From a virus: a DNA stretch of 64,000 bases. This document shows, in pieces, positions 29,296 to 39,868 of this stretch (position 1 is its first letter; each line of letters begins with the position of its first letter). A program made the translations under genes and the position numbers. Below the pieces are notes generated by a model. The model ran no database searches. It was not told the origin of the DNA and saw only the letters and a list, made by a program, of their open reading frames with translations. The stretch lies in IMG/VR virus record IMGVR_UViG_3300043410_001708, positions 1 through 64,000 of that record, one strand, 5' to 3'.

Positions 29296-30497
29296 CAAAT
29301 GTTCCTTATACCAGCAAAGTTTCTACGTGAGAATTCTGCACGATTAACAAATTTATCAGATTCATTATTGTGGTGAAATACGTAACCTTCTGGATTAGCA
29401 TCTTCACCAGCATGTGAATGTTGAAACTGTTGGTGTTGATTTAAAGTATCAATCAATACACCTTTTGCTGATTGCAACTCTTTATGCATTTTGAAAAGGT
29501 TATTGTAATGTTTCTTATTGCGTTCAACTTTACCAAGTTCATCTTTCAATTCGGCCTGTTTTGCTGTGCGATTCTTTTCAGTTTTTAGTTTATCAATCTT
29601 CTTATTTCTATCTTTTTCCAACCAGTTTTTGAAATTCGTATGGTTAGGTTCTTCACCCGTTCTAACTGTATGATTCATATATGTTTCTAATGAACCACCA
29701 ACGCCATGGTGAGTACTAGTGCCAGCATACATATCACTACCATGAGTATCATGTATTGCTTGTGCAGCTGCAATATGTTTATTAAATTTTTTCTGACTAT
29801 CTGGACTGAAATGAACCTTTGTTGTATCCATTCTAGGATCAACTGAGTATACATCGGGATGTTTAGTAAATTTTTCATGGTTGACTTCGTGTGATGCATT
29901 TAGACTAGATGCATCTTCACCATGATAAGAAAGGTGTGTAACGACACCAATCTTTGCTTTTTTAACTTTTGCAGCTTCATCGCCATGAGCTGTGTATGTT
30001 AGACCTGATGGATTGGGATGAAATGAAGTTCCACCATTCTTCTCTTGTTTCTTATCACCTTTGTCTGTACCAAACATCATATCACCTTGATATACACCTT
30101 CTTTTGGTGCAATCTTAGGTAAATGTGTCAGTGCATCTTTTAATTTGGCGGCCAGACCAGGTGCATGGCCATGGTTCATGTCTACATCTTTTGGTGTGTA
30201 GTTAATCTTTGGTGTCTTGTTAAAAGCAGACTTTGATGCAACAAAGAATTTACCATTTTTTGGATGGTGACCATACACTAGTGCTGGTGAACCATCATAT
30301 TTTGTAGTTAATTCAGAGGTTTTTTTGCCTGACTTAATGTGTTCTGCTGCAGCAGTTAGTGAAGAAATAGCGTGTTTTGCACCCTTTTCACCTGTTTGTA
30401 GAGGTCGGTCTTCCACATGCGTCAAGTGTTTAATCTGACGGCTGGCGCCTTCTTCAGGATCTTCTTGTTCTGTTAAAAAAGTTTTAAACGATAACAT
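29295..30497 (-). CDS. DUF6267-like protein with ligase-type KxDG motif
   Basis: HLTHVED, TKYDGSPA, QGDMMF, EGYV, KFVNR.EFS..NF. Confidence 0.75.
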   Translation of the reverse strand: MLSFKTFLTEQEDPEEGASRQIKHLTHVEDRPLQTGEKGAKHAISSLTAAAEHIKSGKKTSELTTKYDGSPALVYGHHPKNGKFFVASKSAFNKTPKINYTPKDVDMNHGHAPGLAAKLKDALTHLPKIAPKEGVYQGDMMFGTDKGDKKQEKNGGTSFHPNPSGLTYTAHGDEAAKVKKAKIGVVTHLSYHGEDASSLNASHEVNHEKFTKHPDVYSVDPRMDTTKVHFSPDSQKKFNKHIAAAQAIHDTHGSDMYAGTSTHHGVGGSLETYMNHTVRTGEEPNHTNFKNWLEKDRNKKIDKLKTEKNRTAKQAELKDELGKVERNKKHYNNLFKMHKELQSAKGVLIDTLNQHQQFQHSHAGEDANPEGYVFHHNNESDKFVNRAEFSRRNFAGIRNI

Positions 30498-30540
30498 TGT
30501 CTACCTATGAAATACAACACACTTTGGTTGTCCGTAGGGT

Positions 30541-30581
30541 TATTTATAATGGATTGTATCACAGATTCACAAATTTGTCAA
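30541..30581 (-). promoter_or_regulatory. T4 late promoter plus overlapping sigma70 promoter
   Basis: TATAAATA (30541-30548); TTGACA-17-TACAAT. Confidence 0.75.
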
Positions 30582-30610
30582 ATCTTGGCTTCGATATATA
30601 GCGCACTAAA

Positions 30611-31279
30611 TTAATCTAATTCTACCAAACCTGTTCTGGATATCTGACACCTAAAGTATACCATATCTTTTTCTACCAATTTTGTCAAATCTAATTCTGA
30701 GAAAATTACATGTTCCACATCTGGACCAACATTCATGCAACCAGCAAAAACTCTGGCCAACATTTCGTGTGTTTCGTCAAAAAGACTGTAACACAAAGAC
30801 CAACACCTTGTACTAACAAGGCTTTTTTGTGGATCCATCCAAGAAGTTATTCTTTTCTTGAAAACATATTTACCAAACAATTCCGGATTTTCATAATATG
30901 AAATATCAAATTCTTCCGAAAGTTCGCCTCGGCCTGTCAATTTAAACACTCGCTTGACATTTTTAAGATTCAAACTTTTAATAAAATCAAACGTCATACT
31001 CAAATTCAAAGTTTCAGCTGAACTTTTTAAAAATTTATTACCGAGGTCTTGAACCAAAGGATTATCAGATAATACTAGAAGTCTATCAACTTTTGAATGT
31101 AATAGAGCCAGTTTTTCTGTAGATAATTTTTTAGGTGATGATTCTGACAAAATTATAAATGAATTTGGAACTTTTTGTCTGATAGATTCTATTGTTTTAA
31201 ATGTATCGTTAAATCTTGTCTCGGTATCCATAAAACTGGATACCGCATCGATACATGATGTAATAATAAAAATATACAT
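30611..31279 (-). CDS. glycosyltransferase-like hypothetical protein
   Basis: IITS.I...R...T..TI.S.R, FKLTGR; in glyco island. Confidence 0.5.
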   Translation of the reverse strand: MYIFIITSCIDAVSSFMDTETRFNDTFKTIESIRQKVPNSFIILSESSPKKLSTEKLALLHSKVDRLLVLSDNPLVQDLGNKFLKSSAETLNLSMTFDFIKSLNLKNVKRVFKLTGRGELSEEFDISYYENPELFGKYVFKKRITSWMDPQKSLVSTRCWSLCYSLFDETHEMLARVFAGCMNVGPDVEHVIFSELDLTKLVEKDMVYFRCQISRTGLVELD

Positions 31280-31992
31280 TATTTTATAATGACTGCGATA
31301 TTATTATCCCAAATGTTGATTTTTGGAATAGTTGGATTATAAATGTTAATGATTGAAGGATCGTGAGCCCAATTTGGTGGCATTGGTAGATGCATCAAAG
31401 TTTTAAAATCACATTCAACACCACTCAGAAATTTTTCCAAAGGATAAACATCAAAATTCAAAATATCCTCAATGATAAAGATACCACCTTTTTTCAACTT
31501 GTGAAATGAATTTGCGAAAAATGTAATGTTTGCATGGGCTTCGTGAAGTCCATCATCAATGATGATATCAAATTCTTCTGGTATTTTACTCCACATATCT
31601 CTGATGATTTCTGGATCGGTTTGGTCACAGTAGAATGTTTTAATTCTATCGGTTTGAAACAAAATATCTTTATCAATGTCTGCACCAAAGATTTTTCCTT
31701 TAGGAAAATATTCTGCAAACGCTCTCATGGATGCTCCAGGCTTACCATTTGCACCCATGTTTGATTTGATACTGGTGTTGTTTGTACCAAGTCCTAATTC
31801 AAAGAAATTAACTTCTTTGTCTTTCAATCCAAAATTTTGGAATAACGCATCATAAAAATTTGTGTAGTTGTGCCATGTACTCTTATCTGATCCATGTTCA
31901 GCAAATGTTTTGCACATTTCTGTTCTTGCACCAAAAAATTCTTGTTTCATGTATGCGAAAATAATTTTTTCAATAATTTCTTTGTTTTCCAT
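31279..31992 (-). CDS. class I SAM-dependent methyltransferase
   Basis: GSDK..H.Y, ELGLG, GADID, DIIIDDGLH, GGIFIIED. Confidence 0.8.
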   Translation of the reverse strand: MENKEIIEKIIFAYMKQEFFGARTEMCKTFAEHGSDKSTWHNYTNFYDALFQNFGLKDKEVNFFELGLGTNNTSIKSNMGANGKPGASMRAFAEYFPKGKIFGADIDKDILFQTDRIKTFYCDQTDPEIIRDMWSKIPEEFDIIIDDGLHEAHANITFFANSFHKLKKGGIFIIEDILNFDVYPLEKFLSGVECDFKTLMHLPMPPNWAHDPSIINIYNPTIPKINIWDNNIAVIIK

Positions 31993-31993
31993 A

Positions 31994-32803
31994 TTATACC
32001 TCTTTATTAAAGTCACTAAAAATAACAAACGGATCAAGACCCAGTTGATGGTCGGGAATCTTATGTAGTTCAAATAAATCTGGTTCTTTAATTGTTGATA
32101 ACAACATAAGAGTTTGGTCATCATCAACTAAACCATTTTCCAATAATCCAATTAAACTAGATTTCATAAGTTCTTCAAATTTTGGCCATGCAGTTACACC
32201 ACCAACAATTTTTGCACCAAGGATGTAAACATCGTTGGTTGAAATTATCTCTTGTATTGGTTTACCATCATAGTCTTTGTAATTGAATAGATGCATCTTA
32301 TTAACATCAAAATCAAAAGACCATTTTCTACTTGCAGGAATTTTGTCAGCAGTACGGCAATAACCAAAATCTAACCAAGAAACCAAATCACTTTTAACCA
32401 TATTGTGTTTAATTGCAAGATTAACAAATATAGATTTCAAAAAATTTACAGCAACATAATGTGCATTCCAATATTCAGGATTTGCTCTCTGTGATGGACT
32501 AATTGAGTTTTGAAAGCTTTCTGATTTATGTACGTTATGTATATTTTTTATCAGTTCATCAAATTGTGTGAATATATCAAATGAAATCCAGTTTGTGACA
32601 CGACCTTCTCTTAATGGTTGTAATCTTTCGATAATATCAGGTGTCGAAAACACCACCATTTCGTTTTCCATTTTAGCCATGTGTGAAAAACGTTCAATAT
32701 ATGTGTCGGTTGTTCTTTGTAGGTAATGTGGCAAACCTTTATCTGGTGTCCAATCTCCACGTCCTATATCATAAAAAGCAGTAACTATAGTAATATCACT
32801 CAT
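31994..32803 (-). CDS. HtrL/YibB (WlaTC) family glycosyltransferase-like protein
   Basis: ITIVTAFYDIGRGDW, NPEYW, WLDFGYCR, DDDQ. Confidence 0.85.
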   Translation of the reverse strand: MSDITIVTAFYDIGRGDWTPDKGLPHYLQRTTDTYIERFSHMAKMENEMVVFSTPDIIERLQPLREGRVTNWISFDIFTQFDELIKNIHNVHKSESFQNSISPSQRANPEYWNAHYVAVNFLKSIFVNLAIKHNMVKSDLVSWLDFGYCRTADKIPASRKWSFDFDVNKMHLFNYKDYDGKPIQEIISTNDVYILGAKIVGGVTAWPKFEELMKSSLIGLLENGLVDDDQTLMLLSTIKEPDLFELHKIPDHQLGLDPFVIFSDFNKEV

Positions 32804-33663
32804 TATATTGTCCTAAAAGTAATTAATTCTTCAACTCCATACTTATCATCGTAAAATTTCTTCAATACTGGATCTCGGTCATATTGATGTACGATGTAAT
32901 ATGGTTCTCCATCACCAGTTTTCATTAATCCATCTTCAAAGATTGGATGTTTTTCTGTAATGAAAGGTGCAAAGTGGTCTTTCTCAATTGGTTTATTTGT
33001 TACGTGTAGATTGCAACAAAAGCCATCATTTAAACCACTAATATAAATTTTTTCAATGTATGGATACCAACTTGTCAATACATTATATGCAGCTTGGTCT
33101 GCAACCCAATCTGCTCTATTCATAGATAATTGATATAACATACCACACAAATCACAAACAACATGTGATTTTCCGGCCAAAGTACCAACATTTAGAACTT
33201 CATAATTTTTAATTTCTTCGTAGAAGTATGTACCAAAACATTTTAAAATGTTATCTCGGTTCCAATGTTCGTCTTTAATTTTGATACACTCTGATACACC
33301 AATCAAATCATAACCAGAATTGCGTGTCAATACATGTGACAAATACTTCATAGGGTCTTTTTGAAAGATTACATCACGTACATCTGTGCTTACAACATAA
33401 CGATATTCATCTATATGTTTTTTCAAATAATCATAAATGTGTATGAAACGTTCCATGTGAAACATTGCACCTGACATGGACTTTGCTGGAATGGCAATAA
33501 ATCCTGCTTCTGTGATTTTCGATAATGTTTCTTTTGATGCGTCAATTGCAATTAAAACTTTGTCACCGTTAAAACCACATTGATTAATAGATTCAATCCA
33601 AGGTTTGACTTGTTCGTAGTTATAGTTTTTAAATGCACCTATGATTAGGTCTTTTTTGTCCAT
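32803..33663 (-). CDS. GT-A-like glycosyltransferase
   Basis: TDVRDVIFQ.DP, N.G, DQAAYN, HQYDR. Confidence 0.7.
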   Translation of the reverse strand: MDKKDLIIGAFKNYNYEQVKPWIESINQCGFNGDKVLIAIDASKETLSKITEAGFIAIPAKSMSGAMFHMERFIHIYDYLKKHIDEYRYVVSTDVRDVIFQKDPMKYLSHVLTRNSGYDLIGVSECIKIKDEHWNRDNILKCFGTYFYEEIKNYEVLNVGTLAGKSHVVCDLCGMLYQLSMNRADWVADQAAYNVLTSWYPYIEKIYISGLNDGFCCNLHVTNKPIEKDHFAPFITEKHPIFEDGLMKTGDGEPYYIVHQYDRDPVLKKFYDDKYGVEELITFRTI

Positions 33664-34367
33664 GGTAAATCTCCATTATATTGTTTATTCATCACTTCAT
33701 TTCCTCTCAAAAAGAATTCTGCTTGTACAGAATCTCCTCTGCTTGCAACTCTATAGTTTACTGTATATTGGCCATTCGTGTCAAATTCTGGTAAATTTTG
33801 CATCATAAATGGTGACAGTATTCTATCAACTTCTGGCTGCTCTTGTGGGTGTCTTGCTCTACGATACCAATAAGGTGAAAAACCTAGTGCTGGTATTTTA
33901 GGTACCATGAAACAATTAACATCAATAAATTTATCATTGATAACAGAAGTCCATTTCCCTAATGATTCACAATCATCATTACATATGTATTCACCTTCCT
34001 GACTAACAATTTTTCGTAGTGAGTATGCCCATTTGTTACCTTTTGATACAACATCAACCAAAGATTCGATGTGATTTGGTTCATACCAATTATCTTCATC
34101 CAAGAAACATAGGAACTCACCGTTTGCAATATAGGTCATTGCACCATATATTCTGTGTCCGTTGTACTGGTCTTTTCCTGTTGGGTATGGGAGGTCAATT
34201 AGGTCTATATGTGGATATTCTCTAGCTATCACACGACCTTTTGGTTGACCATCTACGACAACCAAATGTTGTATATTATCATAAGTTTGATTTTTAACCG
34301 AGTCTAATGCTTGACGTAGACACGGTGCACCTGTGGTAGGTGTAATCACTGTCACCAATGGTTTCAT
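33645..34367 (-). CDS. GT2 family glycosyltransferase
   Basis: VTVITPT, SV.NQTY, VVVDG, FLDED. Confidence 0.85.
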   Translation of the reverse strand: MKPLVTVITPTTGAPCLRQALDSVKNQTYDNIQHLVVVDGQPKGRVIAREYPHIDLIDLPYPTGKDQYNGHRIYGAMTYIANGEFLCFLDEDNWYEPNHIESLVDVVSKGNKWAYSLRKIVSQEGEYICNDDCESLGKWTSVINDKFIDVNCFMVPKIPALGFSPYWYRRARHPQEQPEVDRILSPFMMQNLPEFDTNGQYTVNYRVASRGDSVQAEFFLRGNEVMNKQYNGDLPWTKKT

Positions 34368-34373
34368 AATTTA

Positions 34374-34676
34374 TCATCCTCTAGTTAATTTCAATATCTT
34401 TTCTATCTGTTTTTCAATTGCTGGTTTACGATTAGGCCAGTAGATGTATTCTTTATCTCCTGTACTATGTAGTTTCTTTAGGAAAGGGATAATCATCTTT
34501 TCAAGTTCAACCAATCTTTGTTCCGTTTCAGTCAAAGTATTTTTTACTGCTTCTACTGTTTGGACACTCTCTGTGATAATAGAATTATATTCTTTTTCGG
34601 AAACGGCTGAGAAACCGAAATCGTCCTCAGAATCTTTATATTCTTTTAAAATTTTATCAAAATCTGTTAGTGGCAT
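34374..34676 (-). CDS. conserved hypothetical protein
   Basis: DFGFSAV...IIPFL...KEYIYWPNR. Confidence 0.7.
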   Translation of the reverse strand: MPLTDFDKILKEYKDSEDDFGFSAVSEKEYNSIITESVQTVEAVKNTLTETEQRLVELEKMIIPFLKKLHSTGDKEYIYWPNRKPAIEKQIEKILKLTRG

Positions 34677-34678
34677 AA

Positions 34679-35794
34679 TTATTTCGACAAGTTAAACATT
34701 GAAGGACCAGACTCAACAATATTTCTTAAGTAAGGAGAATATTTTTTGCCTGCTTTGGTAGTTGTAGATTCTGTTGCAATTTTAGTTCTAAATTGAATTA
34801 TCAAATTTTGTTTACTGGTAGAACCAGCATAAACTCTTACGACAGGATCAATACCTTCAACAAACATAATTTTTAATTCATTTCTTTTCAAGACTTCTGC
34901 ATAAGTTTTTACAAAATCTTTATTGAATCTCAACTGTTTAAATTTTCCGTTGGCCAAAGAAACCAATTCAATTGTTTCATTACCTTTTGTGGCTCCCTGA
35001 AACACAAGAGTTGCAAGATTGATAAAAAATGCAGGATCTTTAGCTTTTACTTTTGCCTGCATTTGTTTTGCAGCTTCACGATAAACAATTGCTGTTGCAT
35101 TTTTTAACATATCTTTAATAACTTCAACTCTCTTATCTTCACGACTTAAAAAGAATTCAGATTTATCATATTCTTTTAAAGCAGCATCATACTTAGATTC
35201 CATCTTTTTGATATCCAATTTAAGTATGTCACTCCATAATGTTTTTTGTTTTTCAAATTCGTGGCCACTTACTTGAAAGAATTGGTCTCCACCTTTAACT
35301 TTCAGTGAAATTTGCCTTGAGTAATCTTTACCATTAACTTTTAATTTAATATCGGCTTTTGTTCCTTTTTGGTCACCCACACCATCTGAACTTATATCAA
35401 CTGAATCGATTTGACCATTTGTTGCAAAAATTAAAATTTCTTTCATCCATGTTTCTTCAATATACTCTATTGAAGATTCATAAAGGTCATAAACAACTTT
35501 TCTATCTTCTTTTGAAGATAATAATTCCGCAGCAGCAGAAGGTAAATTTATACTGAAATTGATTTTGTCGATTGATATTTTATTTTGTTTGACTAGAATA
35601 TCTTTTACTTTATATTCTTTTGAATGTGTGGCACGTTTAAAAATGTCATCCAAAACTTTATCAATCATTTGTTTGGTCAATTTGACGTTGGCATCTTTTA
35701 ATGTTTTTGGTCGGTTGATAAATTTGGCGACCAAGGCTGCACCTAGCACACCTTCACCAACATCACCTCTATTAAACTTCAAAGATTTGTCCAT
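34679..35794 (-). CDS. putative PD-(D/E)xK endonuclease-like protein
   Basis: GDVGEG...KADI...ISLK; GATAAATA late-like promoter upstream. Confidence 0.55.
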   Translation of the reverse strand: MDKSLKFNRGDVGEGVLGAALVAKFINRPKTLKDANVKLTKQMIDKVLDDIFKRATHSKEYKVKDILVKQNKISIDKINFSINLPSAAAELLSSKEDRKVVYDLYESSIEYIEETWMKEILIFATNGQIDSVDISSDGVGDQKGTKADIKLKVNGKDYSRQISLKVKGGDQFFQVSGHEFEKQKTLWSDILKLDIKKMESKYDAALKEYDKSEFFLSREDKRVEVIKDMLKNATAIVYREAAKQMQAKVKAKDPAFFINLATLVFQGATKGNETIELVSLANGKFKQLRFNKDFVKTYAEVLKRNELKIMFVEGIDPVVRVYAGSTSKQNLIIQFRTKIATESTTTKAGKKYSPYLRNIVESGPSMFNLSK

Positions 35795-35819
35795 TTTTTG
35801 TCCCTATTAAAGGAAATAT

Positions 35820-36926
35820 TTATCTAATTATTTGAATGTCCTTTCCAGAGGTCCAGACTTCTAGTTCTGTTCTTAAACGATTCTCTGATTTTAATGTATC
35901 GAACCGATTAATAGCCTTCTTGCGCCACCATTCAATCAAGTTTACCAGATTATGTTTTTCATAGTTTTCACCAGGAATAAGCATGTCGGTCTTACAGTTT
36001 ATATAATCTTTCATGTTACTGAAACCATAGTCTGAATGGTAATAACGTTTTTGTTCTGTCAACCCTTTTGCTTTCTCAATCGTTGCTGTGAATGTACCCC
36101 CTTCAGGTGTATCCTTAAGTGCAGCTTTAACCAATGAAACAATCTTCATGGTCGTTTTTAGTTTCTTACTGGACACATCCTCGTCAACGATATCACCAAC
36201 AAGGTCTTGCACATAGTCACGCAATTCTTCATAAGGTTTGCCGTGCATCATTGGTATAAAATCACTGTCGGTCAAACCATCATAACGAATATAAGGTTTC
36301 ATACCATCATATTGTGAAACAGTCTTTGAACTTCCATATAAACTGGTAGTCTCAAACAAACACAAATTCATTCCATATTTCTGGTTAGCAATCTCTCTAA
36401 CTGTATGTGAGGTGCAGATTGCAGCCAACAATTTACCACCAAGGTAATTGTATCCAAACGGTTGACTTGGCACAATCACAAAACCCATCAAAGTAGAATC
36501 GTTAAATCGTTTGGACCATTCTGGTTGTTGTGTGAACACTTGTCCAAGTAATTCGTTTCGAGGTTTCATATTGATGACTGGAGAACCAAGACGGATGAAA
36601 CCTACCCATTTACCAGTATTTGTTTCTTTGACACCTAAACGAATTTGTTTTCCAACAGGTGAAATGTTAACGTGCGATGAAGTAATATTGAGTAGTGTTT
36701 CCCATTCGGATTGTGGCATACCAACGACTTCAAAATTCATATCTTTTGGATGCATAGTGAAGTCGGAGAACAAATCTTCTTCGATTGGAAAAAGTGGATT
36801 TGATGGTAACTCTGCCAGTGAATTCAATTTCTGGTCACGCATGTATTCATCAATACGGTCAAAGTTACCAAAGTAATCTTCAAATACTTTGGCACAATGT
36901 ACTGCATCATTAAATTCTAACTTCAT
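35820..36926 (-). CDS. DUF4338/DruA-like protein (paralog 1)
   Basis: IVPSQPFGYNYLGGKLLA, TTSLYG, SQYDG. Confidence 0.75.
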   Translation of the reverse strand: MKLEFNDAVHCAKVFEDYFGNFDRIDEYMRDQKLNSLAELPSNPLFPIEEDLFSDFTMHPKDMNFEVVGMPQSEWETLLNITSSHVNISPVGKQIRLGVKETNTGKWVGFIRLGSPVINMKPRNELLGQVFTQQPEWSKRFNDSTLMGFVIVPSQPFGYNYLGGKLLAAICTSHTVREIANQKYGMNLCLFETTSLYGSSKTVSQYDGMKPYIRYDGLTDSDFIPMMHGKPYEELRDYVQDLVGDIVDEDVSSKKLKTTMKIVSLVKAALKDTPEGGTFTATIEKAKGLTEQKRYYHSDYGFSNMKDYINCKTDMLIPGENYEKHNLVNLIEWWRKKAINRFDTLKSENRLRTELEVWTSGKDIQIIR

Positions 36927-37123
36927 ACTTTAAATTCCATATGTGGTAATATATCATTATCAAAAATCTGAGCCATTTGTTTCCACAAATATTCTCTTTC
37001 TACTTGTGTCATACCTGCAATACCAGGAAAAGTATAACCACCAGGATCGGCTTCTTTTGTCAAACCATAATCATGTCGCCATGTGTAACACATTGATGTA
37101 ATTATTTCTTCACGGGTTTTCAT
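36923..37123 (-). CDS. hypothetical protein
   Basis: MCYTWRHDYGL; coupled. Confidence 0.65.
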   Translation of the reverse strand: MKTREEIITSMCYTWRHDYGLTKEADPGGYTFPGIAGMTQVEREYLWKQMAQIFDNDILPHMEFKV

Positions 37124-38511
37124 ACTTTAAATCCGTCAAAAGATTTCTTCTGTGGTTTTTCTCTGTTACCAAATGTGTTAAGTGGTTTATCTTGACCCGA
37201 ATCTGTGATGCCATCTTGGCCAGATTGTTCAACATCATAAAGCCTCATCTTTGACCTATCGATACCCAAAGTAAAACGTTTGAAATAAGTTGGATCATTA
37301 TAACGATTCTTCAATTGTTTGACCATAATCTGTCCCATTTCTTCTAGTTCTTCGGAAGAAATAAGAGCAAACATCAAGTCAGCTGTAGCGGGCAGACCAA
37401 AAGATTCAGAGGTATCTTCAAGTCCGGGGTCTGAACTCGAAAAACCGGATCTTGTGGTTTGGGTTGCAGAAACAATTGGTACTCCGAACTCAACTGCCAA
37501 ACCTCGCAATTCTTCGGCAATGGCCTTGACGTATGTATACGAATTAACGTTGGCTCCTGCTTTGATTCTAGCAGAACAGCAAATGTTAAGATAATCAATG
37601 AAAATGATATCAGGAACAAAAGATTTTTTAAGATTGAGCTCGTTGAGTAAGGTGCGAAAATGTACGCTGCTTGCAGACGCTGTTGGATACTCTTTAATGA
37701 TAAGTTTTCCAACAGTCTTTTCACGGAGTCTTTCAATTTTTCTATCATACATATCTTTCGGTAAATTTATGAGGTCATCTACTGTGACATTCAACAAGTT
37801 GGCATCAATACGTTCAGCAATCTTTTCTTCACTCATTTCCATAGTGATATAAAGAACATTCTTGCCTTGTACCATGGCACCTGCGGCTACGTGACACATA
37901 AACAATGATTTACCAACACCAGTACCTGCAAGAGCAATGTTTAGTGTCTTGTTAGGTAAACCACCTTTTGTAATTTTATTAAAAAATTCTAGGTCAAAAG
38001 GAATTCTTTCTTCGTGTCTGTGATAGAATTCATATCGTTCATCCGAATTTTCCAAATAATCGTGGCCGACCGAACTATCAAAAGAAATCGCTAGCGCATC
38101 GGAAAGTAACTTAGGTATCGACCCCTTATCTTGGGTTTTGTCTTTACCATCGAGAATGGAAATAGACCCCAATACTGCATTGTATATGGCCCTCTCTTGG
38201 CAGAATTTTTCGGTCTTGTCAACCAACCACTCAATTTTGGATTCTTCTTGTTTAGTTGCAACAATCTCCTGTAGACTAGATTCACACTTCTCCACTTCAT
38301 CATCTGTGAGATTTCGCCTTTCTTTGACGGCCAACTCAAGTGCTTCAATCGTTGGTGGAGAATTGTAAGATTCCGTGAACTTGGAAATCTCAATGAAGAT
38401 TGCTCTATCGGTCCTATCTGTAAAGTATTCCTCTTTGATGAACGGTAGTACTTTGCGTAGGAAATCTTCATTATATATTAGATTCTTTAAAATAGTCTGT
38501 TCCAGTCTCAT
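37120..38511 (-). CDS. 41: replicative DNA helicase (T4 gp41)
   Basis: AGTGVGKS, IDYLNIC, SESFGLPATAD, KNRY. Confidence 0.95.
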   Translation of the reverse strand: MRLEQTILKNLIYNEDFLRKVLPFIKEEYFTDRTDRAIFIEISKFTESYNSPPTIEALELAVKERRNLTDDEVEKCESSLQEIVATKQEESKIEWLVDKTEKFCQERAIYNAVLGSISILDGKDKTQDKGSIPKLLSDALAISFDSSVGHDYLENSDERYEFYHRHEERIPFDLEFFNKITKGGLPNKTLNIALAGTGVGKSLFMCHVAAGAMVQGKNVLYITMEMSEEKIAERIDANLLNVTVDDLINLPKDMYDRKIERLREKTVGKLIIKEYPTASASSVHFRTLLNELNLKKSFVPDIIFIDYLNICCSARIKAGANVNSYTYVKAIAEELRGLAVEFGVPIVSATQTTRSGFSSSDPGLEDTSESFGLPATADLMFALISSEELEEMGQIMVKQLKNRYNDPTYFKRFTLGIDRSKMRLYDVEQSGQDGITDSGQDKPLNTFGNREKPQKKSFDGFKV

Positions 38512-38794
38512 CGCTTACTTCCTGTTCAATGTTAGATGACATTATTTCTACCAATAAGTCACCAATATAATTTTTAAATGTGTTGTCTTTTTCCAGTTTT
38601 GCTGGTTTCATCACTGGTGATTCTAACACATCGTAAGCAAAAAGTAAATAGACCTGGTCATTTTCTTCTTTAAACTTTACCTTGCCATATTTGAAGATGG
38701 TATCTTTATATGGACCTTCCAAAAATTTAATATTAACTGCCGTTTTGTCATCCTTTGGATAGATGTAACAGTAATCTATTCCTTCAATCATCAT
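38471..38794 (-). CDS. hypothetical protein at T4 gene 40 position
   Basis: Synteny uvsX-X-41. Confidence 0.6.
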   Translation of the reverse strand: MMIEGIDYCYIYPKDDKTAVNIKFLEGPYKDTIFKYGKVKFKEENDQVYLLFAYDVLESPVMKPAKLEKDNTFKNYIGDLLVEIMSSNIEQEVSDETGTDYFKESNI

Positions 38795-39858
38795 ACACCA
38801 TTCATAGTTTCAACATCAAATGTTTCATCGACATTGCTTGTCATAATTTCTCCAGCTGCCACACGGTATTTGTTTTCAATAAAATCACGAAATGATTTCT
38901 GTTTCAAAATAGGCATCCAGAACTCTTTGGAATCAGTGTCTTTCTCACGGTAATTTTTTTCTTCAATTACACCATCAGCGTCAACACGTTGATACCAACC
39001 ATTTTTTGGTTTAACCACATGCTTGGATTCCAAAGCAAGGTCCAACAAACCAGACCAAGTGCTAATGCCACCGTCAAAAGATACGCTAACAGGTATTTTA
39101 GATTTTTCTTTGACATATCTACTTTTCTCTACGTTAATAATAAAATTATAACCGGTAACTTCTGTACCGTCTTTTTCTTGTTGTCGGCCGATGATAAAAA
39201 TATTATCAGCCGAATAATATGAACCCGTACCACCACCAACGATATCTTTGGGGAACATACCAATCTCTTTGTATGTATGATTGACAACAATCATTGGAAT
39301 ATCTTTTAGTGAAAGATGTGGTGTTACCATACGGAATAAACTCTTAACTTGTTTTGCACGACTCATATCAGCAACTGATTTCTCCGCCAATGCATCTTCA
39401 ACTTCTTTCTTGGATGCCAAGTTACCAATTGAATCGATGACAATAATTAATTTATCACCACGTTCTAATTGTGTCAACTGAGCCATAACGTCAAACTTCA
39501 ATTGTTCAATATCTGTAAGAGGAGTATGGAGCACCCTGTTTGTGTCAATACCAAAAGAATCGAAATAAGACTGAGGAGTACCAAATTCCGAATCGTAGAA
39601 AAGGAGCGCTGCGTCTTCATATTTGTCCAAATAAGATTTTGCCATCAACAAAGAAAATGCTGTCTTAAAATGTTTGGATGGACCGGCCCACATTGTAAGA
39701 CCTGGCGTTAGACCACCATCTAACTTACCAGAAAGTGCCACGTTAATAATTGGCACTGCGGTTGGAATCATATCTTTATCATTAAAGAATTTTGATTTAG
39801 CCAATATAGCAGAATCTTTGATGCTGCTGTTCTTTTTAATTTTATCTAATATACTCAT
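38791..39858 (-). CDS. uvsX: RecA-like recombinase
   Basis: GPSKHFKT, YDSEFG, DSIGNLASKKE. Confidence 0.95.
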   Translation of the reverse strand: MSILDKIKKNSSIKDSAILAKSKFFNDKDMIPTAVPIINVALSGKLDGGLTPGLTMWAGPSKHFKTAFSLLMAKSYLDKYEDAALLFYDSEFGTPQSYFDSFGIDTNRVLHTPLTDIEQLKFDVMAQLTQLERGDKLIIVIDSIGNLASKKEVEDALAEKSVADMSRAKQVKSLFRMVTPHLSLKDIPMIVVNHTYKEIGMFPKDIVGGGTGSYYSADNIFIIGRQQEKDGTEVTGYNFIINVEKSRYVKEKSKIPVSVSFDGGISTWSGLLDLALESKHVVKPKNGWYQRVDADGVIEEKNYREKDTDSKEFWMPILKQKSFRDFIENKYRVAAGEIMTSNVDETFDVETMNGV

Positions 39859-39868
39859 TTTTCATCCT

